A DNA stretch of 64,000 bases from Alkalispirochaeta sp. (GTDB lineage Bacteria > Spirochaetota > Spirochaetia > DSM-27196 > Alkalispirochaetaceae), in the NCBI GenBank assembly GCA_965601925.1, contig OZ271854.1, forward strand, positions 4,352,001-4,416,000, in the 5' to 3' direction. The position numbers and the translations under genes were made by a program. Within the stretch, counting starts at the first letter, position 1. Every line of letters starts with the position of its first letter. The notes beneath the pieces are model-generated. The model was given only the letters and a program-made list of their open reading frames with translations. It ran no database searches and was not told the origin of the DNA. Shown piece after piece: positions 58,058-64,000 of the stretch.

Positions 58058-60387
58058 GACTCTTTCAACAGAAAGATGAGTCTTTGCACCTTCCGGTTCT
58101 TCCGGTAAAGGGTATCGTACTGTTCCCCGGCATATCTCTCCCCGTTCTCGTCGCCCGCGAGGGCGACAGACGGGTTGTCACCGCGGCGGCGGAGTCGGGT
58201 CGGCGTATCCTGGTCGTAACACAGCGAGGAGATACCGATCCGGCATCACCCGATGCACTCTACCCCGTAGGGACCGTTGCTCGCATTCTGCAGACCGTAA
58301 AGGCACCGGGAGGTGCTGTACGAATCGTGGTCGAAGGTCAGGACCGCGCTGAGTTGGGCGAGCTACACATCGAGAGTGAGGGAATCAGCGCGGACTATCG
58401 GATTATCGAGGCCGACCGCACCGATACGCAAGGAGATCTGCCGCGTCTCGCTCGCGTCGTCCAAGACGCGTTTGCGCAGTATGTCGTCCTGTCGGCACCC
58501 GTCAACCCGGAGGTGCGGCGGAAGATCACTCAGGCCGACGGTGCCGACCGCCTCGTCAACCTCGTGGCGACCCACATTCCTCTCCAGACCGCGCGAAAAA
58601 TTGAACTCCTCTCCATTGCCGGTACGTTGGAACGCACGCGGCTCCTCGCCGAAACGTTAGACGGCGAGGTAGAGTTGTTGTCCCTGAAGAGAACGATTCG
58701 CGATCGCGTTCGTAAACGGATGGAAAAGGGGCAAAAGAGCGTCTTTCTTCAGGAGCAAATCAGGGAGATTAACCGTGAACTCGGGAACGACGAGACTGCG
58801 GACGAAAACGACGATCTTGCAAAGCAGCTAACCGAGACCGTACTTCCCGAAGAGGTGCGCGATCGCGCCGAAAAAGAGTTGGCGCGACTCAAAAAACTGC
58901 CGCCGGTCAACCCCGAATCGGGGATCATCAGGACGTATCTCGACTGGCTCCTCGATCTCCCGTGGAGCCGCGCGACTCCCAAACGCGCCGATTTGGCGCG
59001 TGCCCGCGAAATCCTCGACGAGGATCATCACGCGATGCACAAGCCCAAAGAGCGTCTCTTAGAGTACATGGCGGTTCAGACGCTCAACCCCAATCTGAAA
59101 GGACCGATTCTCTGCTTCGTCGGTCCGCCCGGCACCGGCAAGACGTCCTTGGGTAGGTCGATGGCCAGGGCGTTGGAGCGGGAGTTCGTACGCCTCTCCC
59201 TCGGTGGCGTACGCGACGAGGCGGAGATTCGCGGTCATCGTCGGACCTATGTCGGTGCCATGCCGGGCCGAATCATACAGGCGATACGACGTGCCGGGAC
59301 GCACAATCCGGTTATACTTCTCGACGAAATAGACAAGCTCGGCGCCGACTATCGGGGAGATCCGTCGGCGGCCCTGCTCGAGGTACTCGATCCGGAGCAG
59401 AACTTCACGTTTTCGGACCACTACATAGAGTTACACTTTGATCTGTCCCAGGTCACCTTTCTTACCACCGCAAACTCGCTCTCCGGAGTTCCGCCGGCGC
59501 TCCGCGACCGCTTGGAGGTGATCGAGATTCCAGGCTACACGGAGGGTGAAAAGCACTGCATCGCCGAGGAGTATCTGATTCCCGAAGAGCTCGAAGAAAA
59601 CGGTATGCCCGCCGATACCGTACGTTTCCGACGCGATGCGGTCGACCGACTCATCCGAGACTACACGTCGGAGAGCGGGGTTCGAAATCTTAAGCGGAGT
59701 ATTGCGACGGTAATCCGTAAACTTGCGAAGGAGATGCTGGAAAAGGGCGTATCGCCGGAGACGACTCGACGATCGGTCACCTCACAGACGGTCGGCCGCC
59801 TCCTCGGTCAACCGCGATATCGCCTCATTCCGCACCGGGATGAAATGCTTCCCGGACTTGCCCGCGGAGTCGCCTGGACCGAACACGGCGGCGTCGAACT
59901 TACCGTAGAGGTAGCCGTGTTCGACGGGACGGCAGAGCTTGTACTTACCGGAAGTCTCGGCGAGGTGATGAAAGAGAGTGCGCAGGCGGCACTGAGTCTT
60001 CTCCTTTCGCGCAAGGAACGCTTGGGATTTGAGTTCGACCGAAGCTCGCGGACGATTCACATTCACGTCCCCGCGGGCGCGATTCCTAAGGACGGCCCCT
60101 CCGCGGGCATTACTCTATACGCGGCGCTCCTCTCTCGCCTGACCGACCGTCCCATCAGGGCCGATCTGGCGATGACCGGCGAGCTGACCCTTACCGGACG
60201 CATCCTACCGGTGGGCGGTATTAAGGAGAAGGTGCTGGCGGCGCGCCGCAACGCGATCGACGCGGTAATTCTCCCGGCGGCCAACAAGGGCGATCTCGAT
60301 CTGCTCCCGCGTGATGTACGGCAGTCCATGCGGTTTTTCCCGGTGAGTCACGTAGACGAGGCGGAACCGCTTCTCTTTTCACCGTAA
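58054..60387 (+). CDS. lon: Lon ATP-dependent protease
   Basis: N-domain, [33 protein letters not shown] (Ser), GGIKEK (Lys). Confidence 0.96.
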
Positions 60388-60639
60388 ATAGGTATGTCGG
60401 CGCGGTGAACGCGAGCATGCCGAAGCCTCGTCCCGGTTGCCGCCGCGGATGACCGCGAATACAACAACGTGAAGGCGGGTCGCGCCTCACCCTACCGATC
60501 GCGGTCGCAATGAGACGCACTCGTTCTTCGAGGAACGTTTGTTACCCAACGCGCCGATTTCGATCGGGGCAGGCATCACACGTACGGATCGCGGCACCTA
60601 CGCTTGTAACGTTGCGACGCGCGTAGTAGTATTTGATAC

Positions 60640-61053
60640 ATGAAGATCAGTCGTCTCCTGATCGCCTTTGCGCTCTTGGGAGTGTTCGCACCCATGATAG
60701 CTTCGCAGGAGCAAAACGGCGAGGATGTGCCAATCCAGGCTGTGACCGTCTACGTCCAGCGTGTATTCCCTCACAGACTCGGTTACGTGGTTATCTACAA
60801 CCGTAGCGACTTGTACCCCGGCGAGGTATATCTACCGAACCGTTGGTTTACCGACGCCGCCGGACGAGGGGAGATTATCCGCACGTTACATCAGAGTGCG
60901 CCGTATATGACGGTCTTTTACATGAACGGCGAGTTCAGCCACGTGCGCTTGTTCGTTCACGATAATCCCGCTCATCGCTCGTGGGGAGCCCTTCCCAGCG
61001 ACGCAGACCTCACCGATGAGTTCGCGGCTGAGACCATCAACATCGTCTACTGA
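60640..61053 (+). CDS. Hypothetical secreted protein
   Basis: Signal peptide MKISRLLIAFALLGVFA. 137 aa, beta-rich. Promoter TTGTAA-N17-TAGTAT 7 nt upstream. Confidence 0.75.
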   Translation: MKISRLLIAFALLGVFAPMIASQEQNGEDVPIQAVTVYVQRVFPHRLGYVVIYNRSDLYPGEVYLPNRWFTDAAGRGEIIRTLHQSAPYMTVFYMNGEFSHVRLFVHDNPAHRSWGALPSDADLTDEFAAETINIVY

Positions 61054-61075
61054 TCATTCGAGCGATTTCATCACT

Positions 61076-62041
61076 GTGAGTACTCCCATCGAGACGCCGG
61101 AACCATTGATTGATTTTATCCGGCGTTACGATGGTTTTGTGCTCCTGGGCCATCTGGAACCCGACGGCGATTGCGTCGGGAGCGAGCTTGCACTGTCGAG
61201 CGCGTTGCGGCGCCTGGGCAAGACGGTGCAGCTGCTCAATCCCGGCCCGTTCGATCGTCAGGAGATTGCCGGGTTCGAGTCACACTTCGACCTCTATTAT
61301 GATGCGGATGCGCTCCCGGACAACCACGCGGTAATCGTGGTCGACTGTTCGAGCGAGGATCGCATTGAGCGTTTCGCGTCTCAAATTCGCCACCTGGAGA
61401 TGGCGGTTATCGATCACCACCGGACGGGAGAGCCCTTCGGCGATGTGCGGTTTGTGCGACCCGATATACCGGCGACGACGATTATCATTACATACTTGAT
61501 AGAGCAGTTGGGCCTTCGACTCACCACGGACGAAGCTACCTGGCTCTTTTTGGGACTCGTTACCGATACCGGTTTCTTTCGCTTTCTCGATACCGATCAG
61601 TCCGTTGCATTTGAGGCGGCCTCTCGCCTGACCCGTGCCGGCGCCTCCCCCCGGACGATCGACCGCATCATAAACGGCGGGCGCTCTTACGAGAGCCGAC
61701 TCCTCATAGCGCGCGTACTTGACCGTATGGAGCGTCTCGGTGACGGTTCGGTCATTCTAACCCACCAAACGCGCCGCGACGAGCTGGAGCTGGGGACGCG
61801 CCGCGATTCCGATGCGCTGTATCGTCTTCTGTTGGCGATCGAGGGTGTTCGCGTAATCGCCGTTGCAAAGGAGAAAGAGAACGGCTGCACCGTCAGCTTC
61901 CGATCGGTTGACGACACCGACGTGTCGCGCCTTGCGGCGCAGATAGGAGGCGGTGGCCATCAACGCGCCTCGGGGGCCTTCACGTCGCTTCCGTTGGAGA
62001 AGTTTCTCCCCTCCCTGCGCAAACAGCTTTTGACATTGTAA
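61076..62041 (+). CDS. nrnA: DHH/DHHA1 phosphoesterase (NrnA-like oligoribonuclease/pAp phosphatase)
   Basis: H..PDGD, VVDC, IDHH, TDTG.F, SFRS, GGGH..ASG. Confidence 0.88.
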   Translation: MSTPIETPEPLIDFIRRYDGFVLLGHLEPDGDCVGSELALSSALRRLGKTVQLLNPGPFDRQEIAGFESHFDLYYDADALPDNHAVIVVDCSSEDRIERFASQIRHLEMAVIDHHRTGEPFGDVRFVRPDIPATTIIITYLIEQLGLRLTTDEATWLFLGLVTDTGFFRFLDTDQSVAFEAASRLTRAGASPRTIDRIINGGRSYESRLLIARVLDRMERLGDGSVILTHQTRRDELELGTRRDSDALYRLLLAIEGVRVIAVAKEKENGCTVSFRSVDDTDVSRLAAQIGGGGHQRASGAFTSLPLEKFLPSLRKQLLTL

Positions 62042-62122
62042 CCGAGTGTAACGCCGGGACGCCTCTTTGCCGTACCGTAGCCATGGCATGAGTTTTGCTG
62101 TGGGTACACCGGAGGTTACCGT

Positions 62123-62965
62123 ATGTCAACACTTAGCGTCGCCTTTCGGCAATTTCGACAGAACTCCATGTCCTGGTCCGACTTCTTTACGATTGCGTGC
62201 TCACACGTGGACCGCATCCTTATAAAGAAGTTTCGCTTTGCGACCGATACGCGCTTGGAAGTGATCGCCGACTTCTATCCCAAGTTCACTCGCATGTGCC
62301 GCGACTACACCGAATGCGGCGCCAGCTTCGAGGCGTATCTGTACACATCGCTCTATTTCTTTTGCAAATCGTGGTGCCGGCGTCAATCGGACCGGTGGGA
62401 TCGCGAGTTCCTGGTGTCCGACGACTACGACGATTTTTTCACGATGTCCGAAGATCCGACGGAGCGTCTCGACGGATATCGTGACGACGCTTCGGGGGTA
62501 CTCGCGAACAGTCGGCGGCGTGATACCGTCCGACGACAACTTCTGATATGCCTCTGCAAAAACATCCCAATGTTGAGTCACGACGAGGCGCTACGCTACG
62601 CGGCCACCTACGACATACCGCCCTCGACGGTGTACCACGTCGAGGCGTACGCCCATCGTAAACGGGAACGAGTATCCCGCGACCGCGCCTACTACCGGGA
62701 GTTACGCGACCGCCACTACGCTGCGATGCTCCGCCACGAAGGGGAAGTTAGACGCTCCTCGGCGCGACACGCAAAAGAGGCTGCCGACGGGATGTACGCG
62801 TTTCATCGCCGTCGCTGGAAGCACTACCGCCACAGACTGGCACATCAAACGCTTCACCTCTCGAACCGGGAGGTCGGGACGCTCCTCGGTATTCCCAAGG
62901 GATCCATCGACAGCGCCATGGCCGGACTCGCACGCCGGCTTGCAAGCCTCGTGAGTCAACGCTAA
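62123..62965 (+). CDS. Hypothetical protein with sigma70-like region 2 and region 4 HTH features
   Basis: N-terminal Y.....SFEAYL.. (region 2-like) and C-terminal LSNREVGTLLGIPKGSIDS (region 4-like HTH). SD GGAGG. Confidence 0.55.
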   Translation: MSTLSVAFRQFRQNSMSWSDFFTIACSHVDRILIKKFRFATDTRLEVIADFYPKFTRMCRDYTECGASFEAYLYTSLYFFCKSWCRRQSDRWDREFLVSDDYDDFFTMSEDPTERLDGYRDDASGVLANSRRRDTVRRQLLICLCKNIPMLSHDEALRYAATYDIPPSTVYHVEAYAHRKRERVSRDRAYYRELRDRHYAAMLRHEGEVRRSSARHAKEAADGMYAFHRRRWKHYRHRLAHQTLHLSNREVGTLLGIPKGSIDSAMAGLARRLASLVSQR

Positions 62966-62975
62966 TCTCCGAGGT

Positions 62976-63677
62976 ATGCATACCGTTCTTCTTGCATCCA
63001 ACAACGATCACAAACGCCGTGAGATGGAGGGGATTCTCCGCCAGCTCGACGCCGCCGTGACGATCGTTCAGCCTCGCGACGTGGGGTTTCGATACGATTG
63101 TGACGAAATCGGCGACACCTTTTCCGCCAACGCGTGGCTGAAGGCGTGGGGGTTGTTCCGACTCATACGCGGAGCCGCCGAATCCCACATCTCCGTCGAC
63201 GAGGACCCGCGGAAGATCGCGGAGCGCGTTCACGATACGTTCGGGAGCGAACTGCCACCGGTGTTAGCCGACGATTCGGGCATCTGCGTCCACGCTTTGG
63301 ACAACCGCCCGGGCGTCTTCTCCGCCCGATTCGGGAGCGAGCAGGGTCGTCCCGATCTCGGCGATGAGGGGCGTAACGATCTACTCTTGGAGCGCATGCG
63401 AGGGATCGATGAGCGCTCGTCGCACTACGTGTGCAACGCATGTCTCATCCAGGACGAGGATCGCCACATTCAGGTGCAGGAGACGTGGTACGGGACCATT
63501 CTGAGCGAACGCAAGCCGGGGGATACAGGATTCGGATACGATCCGATCGTATGGCTCGCCGACTACGAGTGCTCGGTCGCACAGTTACCGAGTGCTCAAA
63601 AGGACCGAATATCGCATAGGGCGAAGGCTGTACAGTCCGTCGCCGTGGCAGCGGGTTGGCGTACCGACGGGCCGTGA
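62976..63677 (+). CDS. rdgB: Non-canonical purine NTP pyrophosphatase (RdgB/HAM1)
   Basis: ASNN.HK..E, E...TF..NA..KA, ADDSG, PGV.SAR, FGYDP, K..ISHR. Confidence 0.9.
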   Translation: MHTVLLASNNDHKRREMEGILRQLDAAVTIVQPRDVGFRYDCDEIGDTFSANAWLKAWGLFRLIRGAAESHISVDEDPRKIAERVHDTFGSELPPVLADDSGICVHALDNRPGVFSARFGSEQGRPDLGDEGRNDLLLERMRGIDERSSHYVCNACLIQDEDRHIQVQETWYGTILSERKPGDTGFGYDPIVWLADYECSVAQLPSAQKDRISHRAKAVQSVAVAAGWRTDGP

Positions 63678-63752
63678 CCGTTTTTGCGCCGCAATCGGTA
63701 TCGACTTGTCGGTGTTCTTGACACGTGCGTGATTGTCGGCCTAGCTTCTGCC

Positions 63753-64000
63753 ATGAGCGTTATACCGGAACGAACTGATATCCCGACCGAACACAAATGG
63801 AATCTCTCCAAGCTCTATACCGACTCGTCGCTGTGGGACGAGGGCTTGCGGCTCTTGGCCGATTACAACGAACGGATCGAGTCGTATCAGGGGCGCCTCG
63901 CGGAATCCGCGGCCGCGCTACGGGAGTACTTGGACCTCTCAGTCGAGGTGGGATTGCTGGAGGAACGCCTCGGATACTACGCGATGTTGCGACAATCGGA
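63753..64000 (+). CDS. pepF: Oligoendopeptidase F (M3B), 3' end outside window
   Basis: My translation: MSVIPERTDIPTEHKWNLSKLY....W...YQGRL....ERLGYYAML, matching the PepF N-terminus. Promoter TTGACA-N18-TAGCTT just upstream. Not in the ORF track because it runs off the window. Confidence 0.85.
   Translation, partial: MSVIPERTDIPTEHKWNLSKLYTDSSLWDEGLRLLADYNERIESYQGRLAESAAALREYLDLSVEVGLLEERLGYYAMLRQS

Noticed and set aside
60388..60600. Nested inverted repeats after lon as an ncRNA
   Set aside because: The 8-bp GC arms (GACCGCGA/TCGCGGTC) are expected at this GC content. No promoter or U-tail delimits a transcript.

Overview
A GC-rich bacterial chromosome segment, most likely from a free-living member of the Spirochaetia. 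This is inferred from tRNA-Arg(TCG), Cys-less 'AGGxxE' signal peptides, an Fe-S-less MutY and RarA with a methyltransferase-like tail. It is mostly core/metabolic DNA, and I see no IS, integrase, phage or CRISPR. In order it holds: the end of a sugar ABC/catabolism cluster (permease, binding protein, PMI-like cupin, FGGY kinase, UlaE/SgbU-like 3-epimerase); tpx; lacI-bioYMN-trmL-proC; serS-neuB-like; acnA; a 1126-aa fusion of 2-oxoacid dehydrogenase E1alpha, E1beta, a lipoyl domain and FabH/KAS III; an exported msrB; a hybrid kinase with a REC-STAS-like-REC partner; a phosphohexomutase; AI-2E-trpS-mutY; a PDH operon divergent from an Nqr-like BCDEF operon that lacks NqrA and ends in an unknown 150-aa gene; a REC-PAS-GGDEF-EAL protein; aroK-aroC; envelope genes; ABC-F; rarA; five tRNAs; tig-clpP-clpX-lon; nrnA; a sigma-like gene; rdgB; and the start of pepF. 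The best candidates for undescribed biology are (1) the E1alpha-E1beta-lipoyl-KASIII fusion, a possible CoA-bypassing fatty-acid primer channel, (2) the NqrA-less Nqr-like complex back-to-back with PDH, (3) the cupin-based rare-pentose pathway, (4) two large-loop terminator hairpins, one displaying a perfect anti-Shine-Dalgarno sequence, and (5) widespread apparently leaderless transcripts. All calls come from reading motifs by eye; no database searches were run, so novelty is unverified.
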